A stretch of 64,000 nt of DNA from Isurus oxyrinchus (GCA_026770705.1 JANJGN010000323.1:1-64000); one strand, 5' to 3'. Positions 13,480 through 26,355 are shown, counted from the stretch's first letter. The notes: a model not told the origin generated them from the sequence alone. Made by a program: numbers and translations.

Positions 13480-13945
13480 CCTTCAATGTTCCTGGATAAA
13501 CCATGAACAAAGCTGGTGACAGACAGTCTCCACATGGTAAACAGTTAACCCCTAAACCTCAGCGTAAATCAGTTCCCCCTCGAGGCCCCTTGTCCAAAAT
13601 AAAAGCAACGCACACAATTTGTAAAATAGTAAGTGTAGCAATGAGAGGAGTAAGGGGTTAGGGGGCATGCGGTTCACCTGATTTGCCGACATAAGAACCA
13701 GCCCCTCTGTTTTTGCTATGTTGTGTTGCGTCAATATGAACACATATCTGCACAAGGTGAAGGGCGTTGCGGAGGGACTGATAGTTCTCGGTGCCAGACA
13801 GTCAATGTCCCAGTGACCTTACTGCTGGTCCCAGGCCAGTGGGACAGGGAACATCGACACTGCAATATCCAGAAATGGGTGTGATACCACACAGCAACCC
13901 GCCCCCGGCTGTCCCCTTCAAGTGTTTCAGGTATAAGAGCAGGAA
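13480..13945 (+). promoter_or_regulatory. Putative hepcidin proximal promoter
   Basis: TATAAGA 13932-13938; C/EBP-ATF-like TTGCGTCAAT 13726-13735; BMP-RE/SBE-like GGTGCCAGAC 13790-13799; STAT-like TTCCTGGAT 13489-13497 (1 mismatch). Motif calls made by eye. Confidence 0.5.
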
Positions 13946-14008
13946 GCTCCTCTAGTTACAAACCAAAGCATCAAAGCAGAGCCAGAAGATCAGAAGAGAC
14001 AGGCAGAG

Positions 14009-14101
14009 ATGGGAAGCTCCCAGATGAAATGGCGACTTGTCTTGTTCACTCTGACTTTGCTGCTCTCCCTGCAGCTGAGTCACTTCTTCTCCTTGTCGAG
14101 G
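14009..14101 (+). CDS. hamp: Hepcidin exon 1 (signal peptide): MGSSQMKWRLVLFTLTLLLSLQLSHFFSLSR
   Basis: ATG at 14009 (alternative in-frame ATG at 14024), hydrophobic signal core, phase-0 donor AGG|GTAAGC, TATA-like TATAAGA at 13932. Joins exons 2 and 3 in frame. Confidence 0.88.
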
Positions 14102-14304
14102 GTAAGCTAAGAGATGTCCCTCTGGGTGAGGTGTTTCTTGCACATGACTCTACGTCTACCACCCAGATAGACTGGTCTCTTCCGCAGTTTGATATTATTA
14201 TGTTCGTGCCTTTAATATTGTCGCCCTCTATGAATTTAACATCATTTCCTTCTGTCGTTTCCCCTGAAATTCTCATTCTTGTTTTCAATCCCTCCTCAGC
14301 CACT

Positions 14305-15160
14305 CCCTATCTCTGTAACCTCCACCAGGCCTTACAACCCTCCCTATCTCTGTAACCTCCTCCAGCCCCTACACCCCTCCCTATCTCTGTAACCTCCTCC
14401 AGCCGCTACAACCCTCCCTATATCTGTAACCTCCTCCAGCCCCTACAACAATCCCTATCTCTGTAACTTCCTCCAGCCCCTACAACTGTCCCTATCTCCG
14501 TAACCTCCTCCAGCCCCTACAACCCTCCCTATCTCTGTAACCTCCTCCAGCCCCTATAAACCTCCCTATCTCTGTAACCTCCTCCAGCCCCTACAACCCT
14601 ACCTATCTCTGTAACCTCCCCCAGGCCCCACAACCCTCATGATCACTGTAACCTCCTCTAGACCCTACAACCCTCCCTATCTCTGTAACCTGCTCCAGAC
14701 CCTACAACCCTCCCTATCTCTGTAACCTCCTCCAGGCCCTACAACCCTCCCTATCTCTGTAACCTCCTCCAGGCCCCACGACCCTCAGAATCACTGTAAC
14801 CTCCTCCAGCCCCTACAATGCTCATGAACTCTATAACGTCCTCTCCACACTATAACTCTCCCTATCTCTGTAACCTACTGTGGCCCCTACAACAGTATCT
14901 ATTTTGGTAACCTCCTCCAGCCTCTACAACCCTCCCTACCTCTGTAACCTCCTCCAGCCCCCACAACCCCCCCCATCTCTTTAACCTCCTACAGCCCCTA
15001 CTCACCTCCCTATCTCTGTAACCTCCTACAGCCCCTACAACCTTCCCTATCTCTGTCACCTCCTACAGCCTCTAGAACCCTCCCTATCTCTGTTACCTCC
15101 TACAGCCTCTACAACCCTCCCTATCTCTGTAACCTCCTCCAGCCGGAACAACCCTACCTA
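14305..15160 (-). repeat. Same 37-bp minisatellite in opposite orientation, in hepcidin intron 1
   Basis: About 23 units of CCCTATCTCTGTAACCTCCTCCAGCCCCTACAACCCT. Confidence 0.95.
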
Positions 15161-15908
15161 AATCTCTGGTCTGAGTCTCACTCCAGGGAATTCAGTCCCA
15201 TAACGTCGGTCAACACTCCGTGCTGAGGGAGTGCTGGACTGTCAGAGGGTCAGTAGTGTGGAAGTGTTGCACTATTGGAGGGACAGTACTGAGTGAGTGC
15301 TATACTGTCGGAGGTCAGTACTGAGGAAGTGCTGCATTGTTACAGGGTCAGTACTGTGGAAGTGTTGCACTGTCGGAGGGTCAGTACTGAGGTAGCGCTG
15401 CACTGACGGAGGGACAATACTGTGGGAGTGCAGCACTATCGAAGGGTTAGTACTGAGGGAGTGCTGCAGTGTCAAAGGGTTAGTACTGAGGGAGCACAAC
15501 AATGTTGAATGAGACATTAAACCGAGTCCCCCGTCTGCCCTCTCGGGCGGGTGTGAAAGATCCCACAGCCACTATTTGGAGGAAGAGCAGGGGGTGTTCT
15601 CCCCGGTGTCCTGGGACCAATATTTATCCCTCACCCAACATCACCAAAAACAGATGATCTAGGCCATGATCACATTGCTATTTGTGGGATCTTGCTGTGC
15701 ACAAATCAGCTGCCACATTTCCTACAGTGTGAGTGCACTTCAAAAACATCCTTCAGTGGCTGTGAAACGCTTTGGGATGTGGTGAAAGGCGTTAGAGAAA
15801 TGCAAGTCTGTCCTCCTCCCCCTCTCTCTCCTGTACCTCTCTCTCTCTCTCTCCCTCTCCCTCAATCCTCCTCTCACTTTCTCCCTGATAAATTCTTTCT
15901 TTTTGCAG

Positions 15909-15965
15909 GTTGACACTGCTTTAGGTTCTTCGACGATTGAGAAATCTGTGGATTCCCCGGACACG
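15909..15965 (+). CDS. hamp: Hepcidin exon 2 (pro-region): VDTALGSSTIEKSVDSPDT
   Basis: Strong polypyrimidine acceptor ttctttcttttttgcag|, 57 nt, phase 0/0, donor ACG|GTAGGT. Size and phase fit the short middle exon of vertebrate HAMP genes. Confidence 0.82.
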
Positions 15966-18356
15966 GTAGGTGGAAATTCATTCCTTATTTTAAGGTTTCT
16001 CCCTGCTCGTTTCTTCCACAGAAAGTTTTCTGATTTCAAGCTGATTTCAGTGGCAGTCTGTCTCGGTTATACTCAGGAGGCATGTTTGAAATCGAACCCC
16101 CCCTCAATTTTTTTGCAAAGCTGGGAAGAGGCAATTCCAAGGAAGTGAACATATCCCCACAGGAATTTTAAATGTAACCCACGCCGGGAATAGTGAGAGG
16201 GAGACTGATCCAGCCTGGGAGTGGGTTAAAGAGAGGCTGGGAGTCGAGAGTCGGAGAGAGGGATGGAATGGGGGAGGGAGGGATTGGAAGAGAGAGACAG
16301 AGAGTGGGACGGGGAGGGGTGAAAGGGAAAGAAAATAGGTGGGAGAGAGTGACAGAGGGAGAAATTAAAGAGATGCAGAGTGAGGGAAAGTGAAAAGGGA
16401 AGAGAGATTGTCCAAGAGAGAGAAATTAACAGGAAAGGGAGAGTTACAGAGTGAGCGAAAGTTACAAAAATAGTGTGAGAGAGAGGGAGAGATACAGAGT
16501 GGGAGAAGGAGACAGGGGAGAGAGAGGGAGAGAGACAGGAAAAGGGAGAGAGGAGAGAAAGATTGGGAGAGAGGGCAATTGAGCGGAAGAGTAGGAGAGA
16601 GAGAGACAGGGAGAGGAGGAGTGGAAGAGAGGAAGAGAGAGAGAGATATGGAGCAGGAGAACACCTCCTCCGGTCCCGATGTTCCTCCAAAATCTCTGAC
16701 ATTACTGCATCTCCCGGGTCCCCCTGATTCCCATCGCTCTACCATTGGTGGCCGTGCCTTCAGCTGCCTGGGGCCCTGAGCTCCGGAATACCCTCCCTTA
16801 ACCTCTCTGCCTCTCTCTCTCTCTCTCCTTTAAGACGCTCCTTAAAAACTGACATCTTTGACCAAGCTTTTGGTCACCTATCCCTAATATCTCCATATGT
16901 GACTCAGTGTTAGACTTCTCTCTGATTTACGCTCCGGTAATGTGGGCTGGGACATTTTGCAATGTCAGAGGCGCTGTGTAAATGCAAGTTGTGAGTGTTA
17001 TGTGGAAGGGAGACCCCAGGCGGCAGTCAGTGCCAGAGACTGGAGTCATTGTGTGCAGACCGTATCTAATCTCTCCGAATGCACAATCGGTTTGACTGTC
17101 AGCCAAAGCATTTTTGATATTTGATCCTTCTACCTGTTTATAACCAGGCCTACATCAAACACCGAGAGGCTGGTTAATCAACAGACACCTTAGAGGATCG
17201 AGTGAAAGACAAAGAGGACTTGCATTTCTCTATAAAAACAAAGAAAACTGCAGATGCTGGAAAGCCAAAACAAAAACAGAATTACCTGAAAAAACTCAGC
17301 AGGTCTGGCAGCATCGGCAGAGAAGAAAAGAGTTGACGTTTCGAGTCCTCAGAAGGGTCATGAGGACTCGAAACGTCAACTCTTGCATTTCTCTAGCGCC
17401 TTCCAACACATCAGGACGTCCCAAACTGTTTCGCAGACAATCAAGTGCTTTTTTTCTTTCATGTGAGGTCACTGATGTACTGTGGGAAAAGAATCAGCCA
17501 TTGGCGCACAGTAAGATCCCACAGACAGCAGCATGATAATGACCAGCGCGCTCCCAGTACTTGCACTGCAAGTGTCAGTTCAGGGTGTCTGCTCGATTCT
17601 CTGCAACTCTCAGCTCTGAGTTAAAAGGACCACCAGGCATAATTGAGAAATTACCGATTTGTCGGAGGGTCAGTACCAGCGGGGGGGCAGGAGAGTCGGA
17701 GGGTCAGTACTGAGGGGGCGCTGCATTGTCAGACAGTCAGTCTTGGAGTGCTGCATTGTCAGAAGGTCAGTACCGGCGGGGGACTGCACAGTCGGAGGGT
17801 CAGTACTGAGGGGGTGCTGCATTGTCAGACGGTCAGTACTGAGGGAGTGCTGCACAGTCGGAGGGTCAGTACTGAGGGGGTGCTGCACTGTTGAAGGCGC
17901 TGTCTTTCAGATGAGATGTTAAACTGAGACAACATCTGCCCTCTCAGATGGATGTAGAGGATTCCATGGCCACAATTTAAATGAAGTGCGTCAGGAGTTG
18001 GGGGTATGTGTGGAGGGGGTGGTGGGGGGTGGATGGGATGCAGTTATGTCTGCTTTCCTGGGGCAAACATTTATCCCTCAACCGACATTGGTAAAAAACT
18101 GAAAATCGGGGCCATTATCACATTTCTGTTTGTGGGATCTTGCTGTGCGTGAATTGCCTGCTGCGTTTCCTACATTACAGCGGTGAGCTCACTTCAGAAA
18201 AAGTCCTTCCTTCAGCTGTGGAACACTTTGGGCCATCCCGAGGAGGGGAAAGGCGCTATAGAAATGCGCCATCCTCCTTCCAATGACGCGCCTGATTGAA
18301 ATGATGCCTTCTTTCTTTCCGGAATGTTCTCACCTATTGTCCTCCTGCTTTTCCAG

Positions 18357-18473
18357 GGCTCCTTGCTGCAGCGCCAGAAGAGAATGGACAGACAGCAGCT
18401 CTGCAGATTCTGCTGTAACTGCTGTAATTGGAGAGGACCAAATGAGACTTGTGGTCTCTGCTGTAGATATTAG
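18357..18473 (+). CDS. hamp: Hepcidin exon 3: GSLLQRQKR|MDRQQLCRFCCNCCNWRGPNETCGLCCRY*
   Basis: Acceptor cctgcttttccag|, furin site RQKR, then the 8-Cys hepcidin pattern C-x2-CC-x-CC-xn-C-G-x-CC and TAG at 18471-18473. AATAAA at 19313. Confidence 0.96.
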   Translation, partial: GSLLQRQKRMDRQQLCRFCCNCCNWRGPNETCGLCCRY

Positions 18474-18932
18474 ACCCTGGCCTCATTCACGCAAGGTCAT
18501 CCTGCACCATGCCACAGCCTCTCCCCTCCTTATCTACTGCTTAGCAATCTATTTCACACAGGCCCTGTTCATTAATTCCAACTGAAACTTTACCTGCGTT
18601 TTACAGCAGGGAAAGGAGCCATTCGGCCCATCTGTTCCATGCTGGAGTTTCTGCTCCACACGAGTCTCCGCCCACCCCTTCTCCATCTCACCCCATCACC
18701 ATATCCTTCTATTCATTTCTCCCTCATGTGTTTATCCAGCTTCCCCTTAAATACATCGACACTATTCACCTCACGTGACTGTGTTTGTGTCTGTCTTTAT
18801 GAGCGTGTGTGTGTGTGTGTGTGTGTGACTGTCAATATGTGTGTGTCAATGTGAATGTGTGTGATTGTGTCAGCGTGTGTGTGTGTATGTGTGACTGTTA
18901 GTGCGTGTCAATGTGAATGTGTGTGATTGTGT

Positions 18933-18963
<31 letters not shown>

Positions 18964-20949
18964 ACTGTGTCAGTGTGTGTCAATGTGAATGAGTGAGTGT
19001 GTCAGTGTGTCTGTGTGGGTGTGTGTGACTGTGTCAGTGTGTGTCAATGTGAATGAGTGAGTGTGTCAGTGTGTCTGTGTGGGTGTGGGTGTGTGAGTGT
19101 GCAAGTGAATGTGTGAGGAATCTTATGACTAAGTCATTTGAATGGATGTTACTGGGGTTAATGATAGTTAAAATTCAGAGTGATGTAAAGCGGGCTCCTG
19201 ATTTTGCTGCTTTATGCTCCCGGGCACAGATTGACCCCGACAATGTGTTCATGATTCACCATCATCTTGTCGGGACTTTAATTGTAAAGATTATGATTTG
19301 TGAAAAAAAATGAATAAACAACTTGTGTCTTCACAAAGTGTCTGGCTTGGTATTTCAGGCTACTTGTCTCTCCCTCACCCTCCCCCCCCACCATGCCCCC
19401 CACACCAGGGAACAATTGTCCCCCCTTCCTCTGAAGTTCTGGGTAAAGATCAGCTTTGTTCAATGCAAGCTGTTCCGACATCGAGAACGTTGTTACAAAT
19501 ATCACACAAAGGGCACACGCCATGATAGCCCACTTTCAACAGATTTTACCAGTTGACCAGGTTGAAAACCTTTTCATAAACCACAACGTAGGTGTTCAAT
19601 TCTTGCTGCTGTTTGCTTAATGTTCTCATAACTGCTATAACCTCTCTAGTTCCACTACATAACAACACCAACATAAATAAACAGAAGCAGGAGTAGGCCT
19701 TTTGGCCCCCCAAGCCTGCTTGTCCATTCAATTTGAACCTGGCTCCTGCTGAAAGTTATTTAAGTTGAAGCGATAAAGCCATCAGGTGCAGGGATTAAAA
19801 TGTAAGCAAAGGAAAAATAATACTTAGACATGAGATTTAAAATCAGTTTCTGTGAAGAATCATACTGAGGCCATTGCACTGGATTCCTTCTTTCCAGAGT
19901 GAAGGGTTTAAAACTAGGAGTCACATTCAGCAGCTGCGTTGTCTTCTCTAGTTGACTATTTGGAGGTTGCCTGTAGATGTGAATCAGCAGGTCAGCAGCT
20001 TTGGGGAGTGATTGAAGGTCCCTTTTATTTACAGGATCTGCCACAGGATGTGCAGGAATATTCCTGCTGAATTCTCCATCCTTGCATTCATGAAGGGTTT
20101 GAAACTGGAAGTCATATTCAGCAGCTGCAATGGCCTCTGTAGCCAACTGTCTGGAGGTTGCCTGTACAGGTGGACTCGGCATGTCAACAGGGCGGGGGGG
20201 TGCACGGGTAGTAAAGGTTCCTTTACTTTAAAGGCTCTGCCAGTGCAACACTTGATGATCCTGGGTCAAAATCATGTATCACCCTCCCCAACAGCACTGT
20301 GGATGTGCCCTATGGAGGTTCCTTGGCTTCGACAAGCAGCCTACCAGCTCTGCTCTCAATTCCTCTTCACACTTGCTTCCTTCCTCCTCTGGTCTTTACT
20401 TTGTTATAGTGTTAGTGTCCGCTCTGCCTTTTTTGTTGCTTTCCCAATTCTTCCCACCAACTCTCTCTGGCTTGATCCTGCTCTGTGCTCATCTCATTGG
20501 TTTGGGTTTCTATACGTTCATTGACCTGGTGTAATCTGAAACTGGTGCAATCAGGTAGGGGTGGGGGGGTTGGCGCTGGCCGTGGGTGGTGATACACGGC
20601 TACCTTTTTACCAAAATTCTTTCACGGGATGTGGACAGCGTTTGTTACCTGTTCCTGACTGAGCCCTGGAGAAGGGGGTGCTGAGCTGCCTTTTCGAAGT
20701 GCTGCAGTTCACCTGGTTTGACTGGTCTGTGGCGGGTTTTGATATAACTCAGTGGCTTGCTCGGCCATTTCAGGGGCCAGTTAAGAGTCAACCACATTGC
20801 TGTGGGTCAGGAGTCACACGTAGGCCAGAATGGGTAAGGACGGCAGGTTTCCTTCCCCAAAGGGCATTAGTGACCCAGATGGGTTTTTGTAACAATTGGC
20901 CTTAGTTTCATGGTCACCATTACTGAGACTAGCTTCGCATTCCAGATGT

Positions 20950-22920
20950 CACATCCAGTCGTGGACAATTAAACAACTCACTGGAGGAGGAGTCTCCACA
21001 AATATCCCCATCCTCAATGATGGAGGAGCCCAGCACACCAGTGCAAAAGACAAGACTGAAGCATGCGCAACAATCTTCAGCCAGAAGTGCTGAGTGGGTG
21101 ATCCATCTCGGCCTCCTCCTGAGGTCCCCAGCATCAGAGATGCCAATCTTTAGCCAATTCGATTAATTCCACGTGATATCAAGGAAGGGCTGAAGGCACT
21201 GGATATTGCAAAGGCTCCAGGCCCTGACAATATTCTGGCAATAGTACTGAAGACTTGTGCTCCAGAACTTGCTGCGCCCCTAGCCAAGCTTTTCTGGAAT
21301 TTTCTAGTACAGCTGCAACACTGGCAACTACCCGGCTATGGGGTACGTCCTGTACACAAAAAGCAGGACAAATCCAACCCAGCCAAATGCCCAGCAGTCT
21401 ATTCTTGATCATTACTAAAGTGATGGAAGGGGTCATCAACAGCGCTTGCAAGCAGCACCTGCTTAGCAAGATACTGCTCACTGACGCTCAGTTTGTGTTC
21501 CACCAGGATCATTCAGCTCCTGGCCTCATTACAGCCTTGGTTCAAACATGCACAAATGAGCTGAACTCCAGAGGTGAGGTGAGAGTGACTGCCCTTGACA
21601 TCAAGGCAGCATTTGACTGAGTGTGGCAAAACAAGGAGCCCGAGCAAAACTGGAGTCAATGGGAATCGGGGGAAAACTCTCCGCTGCTTGGAGTCATACC
21701 CAGCACAAAGGACGATGGTTGTGATTATTGGGGGTCAATCATCTCAGTTCCAGGACATCACTGCAGGAGTTACTCAGGGTAGTGTCCTAGGCTCAAACAT
21801 CTTCAACTGCTTCATCAATGACCTTCCTTCCATCATAACGTCAGAAGTGGGGATGTTTGCTGATGTTTGCACAATGTTCAGCATCATTCATGGCTCCTCA
21901 GATACTGAAGCAAGTTATGTCCAAATGCAGCAAGACCTGGACAACATCCAGGCTTGGGCTGACAGGTGACAAGTAACATTCATGCCACACAAGTGCCAGG
22001 CAATGACCAGCTCCAACAAGAGAGAATCTAACTGAAGGCGCAGAAAATTTGGATTTATTTTAAAGAGCCAGCCAGGACCAGCAGCTAGGGTGACAAAGCG
22101 TACACAGACAATCACATCCTTACGTGAAAGCTAAAAACCTGTACAAAGGGCTCAGCTGGAAATTTGCAATGAGGAAATGGGAGACACACACACAAGGACA
22201 CAGGGTGACTCAATCAAGAATTGGGGAAGGTTATTTCACACCGTCCGATGGCCTTGAACCACATCCAGTCAGCCTCCGGAAACCTTTTGTATCGAACAAA
22301 CATAGATTCTTTGCTGTCTCAAAAGGACAATAGCCAGTCTCTGCCCTGTAATTACTGTACAAGAACACAATTATCAGCCCACCGGAGGGTCATTGTGCTG
22401 TGGCCTTTGTCTAACTAATACCATTACCTTGTAACTGAGAGTAAAAAATATATAAACTGTGCTCATTTGAACCTCGGTGGAGAAGCGCCTGGACTGCCCA
22501 GCGTTTGCTCCCCACATGCCTAATAAAGGAACCACTTGAATATTGCATCTGGAGTCCGAGTGTTGACATTTTGTACCAGAATATCCCACAGACCATTCAT
22601 AACCATCGCCCCTTGGCATTCAATGGCATTACCATCACTGAATCCCCCAATATCAACATCCTGGGAGTTACCATTGAGCAGAAACTGAACTGGACCAGCC
22701 ATATAAACACTGTGGCTGCAAGAGCAGGTCAGAGGCTGGGAACCCTGCAGACAGTAACTCACCTCCTGACTCCCCAAATCCTGTCCACCATCTACAACGC
22801 ACAAGTCAGGAGTGTGATGGAATACTCTCCACATGCCTGGATGAGTGCAGCTCCAACAACACTCAAGAAGCTTGACACCATCCAGGACAAAGCAGCCCGA
22901 TTTATTGGCTCCCCTTCCAC
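20950..22920 (+). mobile_element. CR1-clade LINE ORF2 (RT) fragment, interrupted by the solo LTR
   Basis: ALDIKAAFD, GVTQGSVLG..FNCFINDLP, MFAD, ILGVTIEQKLNWTSHI motifs, with frameshifts. Confidence 0.9.
22033..22599. mobile_element. Solo-LTR-like insertion (567 bp) inside a CR1 LINE
   Basis: TGAA...TTCA termini, flanked by a 4-bp direct repeat TAAC (22029-22032 and 22600-22603). It splits otherwise contiguous CR1 RT sequence. Confidence 0.75.
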
Positions 22921-24414
22921 AGAGCTAGATAGATTCTTGATTAACAAGGGGGTGAAAGGTCATTGGGGGTAGGCAGGAATGTGAGGTTGAGGTGACAATC
23001 AGATCAGCCATGATCTTACTGAATGGCGGAGCAGGTTCGAGGGACTGAGTGACCTACTCCTGATCCTAACTCAGATATCCATATGTTCTCAAAGGCAAAT
23101 GGGGATGGGCAACAAATACTGGCCTAGTCAGCGACACCAACATCCCTGAAATGAATAAGAAAAAAATGTATCAATCAATTAAATTTATTGATTAATCGAA
23201 TCTAAATTCCTCCAGCTGCCGTGGTGGGATTTGAACCCGTACCTCCAAAGCATTCACCTGGGCCTCTGGATCACTGGCCTAGTGCCATTCCCATTGTGCG
23301 ACTGTCTGCTATCATCATGGCTCTTTCACATCGATGTGGAAGTCCTGATAACAGAAGCATTGGACGAGGTACAGAAAGGTGTCAGATCAGGAGCTCCATT
23401 GCTCAATATGAACGGATAATAAAGATAAATGAACATAAACCTTCCAGTCGCTAATTAGGGAGTCACTGTGGAGCCCATGAGTCCCTCGCAGCGCTATTGC
23501 AACCTTCTGGATCCCCAGTAGGGGACTCGGGGTGCAGCTGTGTCTTCCTCATCATTTGGAAAAGCCGGAATTGTTCGGGTGCCCCTTCAAACAGGCCAAA
23601 GATGCAGTGGGTGATGTCTCCCACAGGCCCTGGGAGACCTCCCCTGCCAATTTGTTTTGTAGCTTATTCTTCAACTGCGACATTGGATCAGCTTGAAAAA
23701 GGGTGAGGCTGAGGCAATACCACCAGGTAAGCGTCTATCCCCTCCCACTTCACCCCCCCCACCCCCGTAACCATCACAGTCCCTCCCATCGTGCTGGAGG
23801 AGCATAATGTGCACATTCCCCTCCTTCCAATCAGTCTCCTCCCTTCCTCTCTAATCCTTGATCTTATTGTGTTCGGGGTTGACATCCCAGTCCTCCTCCC
23901 TAGACTGTCTGATGTTGACATCCCAATGCCCCATGTAGACCTGACCTCTCTCCAACTAGAGGCCCATTGTACTGTGACTTACAGAGACCACCGGCCCCCC
24001 TCGATTCCCACCCCCACCCCTACTCTCTATATTACCTGCTCCCCACTGACCGGCTGCAGATGCCTCCCCTGACTGGGATTGTGCCACCTGCGGCCTAGTA
24101 TCAAGCCACCCACCCCCAGGACCGACGTGTGTGAGGGACTGACCACGTCCTGCACACCATGCTGGGCACCACCAACCCAGGACTGCCAGGCTCTCCCCAC
24201 CACACTGGACTGGGCCTAGAATAGGCATGCCAAGCACAGCTCTCTAAATCGTGGCGCAGATCCACAGCACTCGCAATGTTTTGTGGCCCGAATCCTTGCT
24301 GAGGAACTGCCCAGGACTAAAATCAAAACAACTGCAGATGCTGGAAATCCAAAACAGAAACAGAAACAGAAATACCTGGAAAAACTCAGCAGGTCTGGCA
24401 GCATCGGCAGAGAA

Positions 24415-24925
24415 GTACTGAGGTAGTGCGGCACTGTCGGAGGTTCAGTACTGAGGGAGTGCTGCACTGTCGGAGGGTCTGAACTGAGGGAGTGCTGCAC
24501 TGTCGGAGGCTCTGAACTGAGGGAGAGCTGCACTGTCGGAGGGTTTGAACTGAGGGAGTGCTGCACTGTCGGAGGGTCTGAACTGAAGGAGTGCTGCACT
24601 GTCGGAGGCCTGAACTGAGGGAGTGCTGCACTGTCGGAGGGTCTGAAATGAGGGAGGGCTGCACTGTCGGAGGGTCTGAACTGAGAGAGTGCTGCACTGT
24701 CGGAGGTTCTGAACTGAGGGAGTGCTGCACTGTCTGAGGGTTTGAACTGAGGGAGTGCTGCAAAGTCGGAGGGTCTGAACTGAGGGAGTGCTGCACTGTC
24801 GGAGGGTTTGAACTGAGGGAGTGCTGCATTGTCGGAGGGTCTGATCTGAGGGAGTGCTGCACTGTAGGAGGGTCTGAACTGAGGGAGTGCAGCACTGTTG
24901 GAGGGTCAGTACTGAGGGAGTGCTC
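24415..24925. repeat. 33-bp minisatellite array, GAACTG variant
   Basis: About 15 units of GAACTGAGGGAGTGCTGCACTGTCGGAGGGTCT. Confidence 0.95.
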
Positions 24926-25619
24926 CGCTGTCTAAAGAACATTGTACAAATTGCACAAAATTGTATCTGATGCCTGTGTCTCATGCTAACATGAAGTTCA
25001 TGCACACAACAGGAATATTTCTCGCTGTTTCTCGACAGCAAGACAGCTTTGATATCACACCAGCCACTGGCAAGTGTGTGCAGCTACAATGTGACATGTT
25101 TACATTGGAAATTTCTATTATAAAGATGGACAGAGGAATTCATCTGATTGGAAAACATGACAATATGAAGTAATGTCTTTGAGCCAAGTATTTTGCAGCA
25201 AAACAAGAATTTTAATCTTTAAATATCTACAGAACAGCCTGAGCATTTTAATCACTTGTGTTAATCAATGTAATTTTATTCATAACCCAAATGCTTCTTA
25301 CAATCTATTGCAGCATGAAAAAGGTGCAGCATTCAGAAAGCACATTCCAATCAGAGAACAGAGTTTAGCAATGTCACATTTCTGTTCATTCCTATTCGAC
25401 CATGTTGGCTGCACACAGCCAGACAATGCCGTGGTTATGATGTGTCCACACAGCAGGACTGGGGAGCACCAGGTATAAGGAAAAGTTTCAGCTTGCTGAG
25501 GAGAAGAAGGAGAATCTCTCGTTCCAGGTTTCTCTCCGTACATTAAGAAGCAGGCATGCCGATGTTTCATTGCACTCTGTCTGCTGATGGGAGTCCGCTT
25601 GGAAATTGCTGTTTGTGCT

Positions 25620-26235
25620 GATGGAAAGAATAAGCTTTTCATAAATCGAGGGATTGAGTACAAACACAGGGAGGTTATGCTGAACATTTATAAAGCTCTG
25701 TTTAGGTGACAACTAGAGTATTGTGTCCAGTTCTGGTCTCCTCACTTTGGGAAGGAAGTGAGGGTCCTTGAGAGGGTGGGGAGGAGATTGAGCAGAATGG
25801 GTCCAGGGATGAGGGATTTTAGCTACAAGGTTGGGTTGGAGAAGCTGGGGTTGTTCTCCTTGGAGCAAAGGAGATTGAGGGGGGATCTGATCGAGGTGTA
25901 CAAGATGATGATGGGTTTAGATAAGGCAGACAAAGAGAAGCTGTTGCCATTAGCTGATGGGACAAGGACTGGGGGACACAGATTGAAGGTTTTGGGCAGA
26001 GGGGGGATGTGAGGAGTAACTTTTTTACACAGCGAGTGGTAATGAGCTGGAACTCGCTGCCTACGAGGATGGTGGAAGCGGAGACAAATGATTTCAAAAG
26101 GAAATTGGTTGGACACTTGAGGGGAAATAAACTTGCAGGGATACGGGGATAGAGCGGGGGAAATGGGACTGACTGTATTGCTCTACAGAGAGACAGCATG
26201 GACTCAATGGGCTGAATGGGCTCCCACTGTGCTGG
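25620..26235 (+). mobile_element. CR1 LINE 3' fragment (similar pieces at 8330-8800(-), 12770-13370, 26880-27250, 36570-36840(-), 41750-42540, 57180-57820, 62700-63100(-))
   Basis: LEYCVQFWSP and LGLFSLEQRRLRGDLIEVYK motifs, followed by the conserved CR1 3' tail. Confidence 0.85.
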
Positions 26236-26355
26236 AATGCCTCTCTGATACGAAGGTGATTCTAACCAGGACACTGACCAGTTTCATTACAACTTAACCC
26301 AACATCACACGTTATTTGTCCGCACTGACTGACCAGATTGTTGCTGTACAAAGCT

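Noticed and set aside
14029-14355. ORF-track proteins at 14029, 18283 and 26312 overlapping real exons
   Set aside because: Wrong frames. The splice-phase-consistent frames give the hepcidin signal peptide, mature hepcidin and the Arg-TM.
24415-24925. Regular 33-bp repeats resembling a CRISPR array
   Set aside because: Head-to-tail units with no unique spacers, no cas genes, and a vertebrate context.
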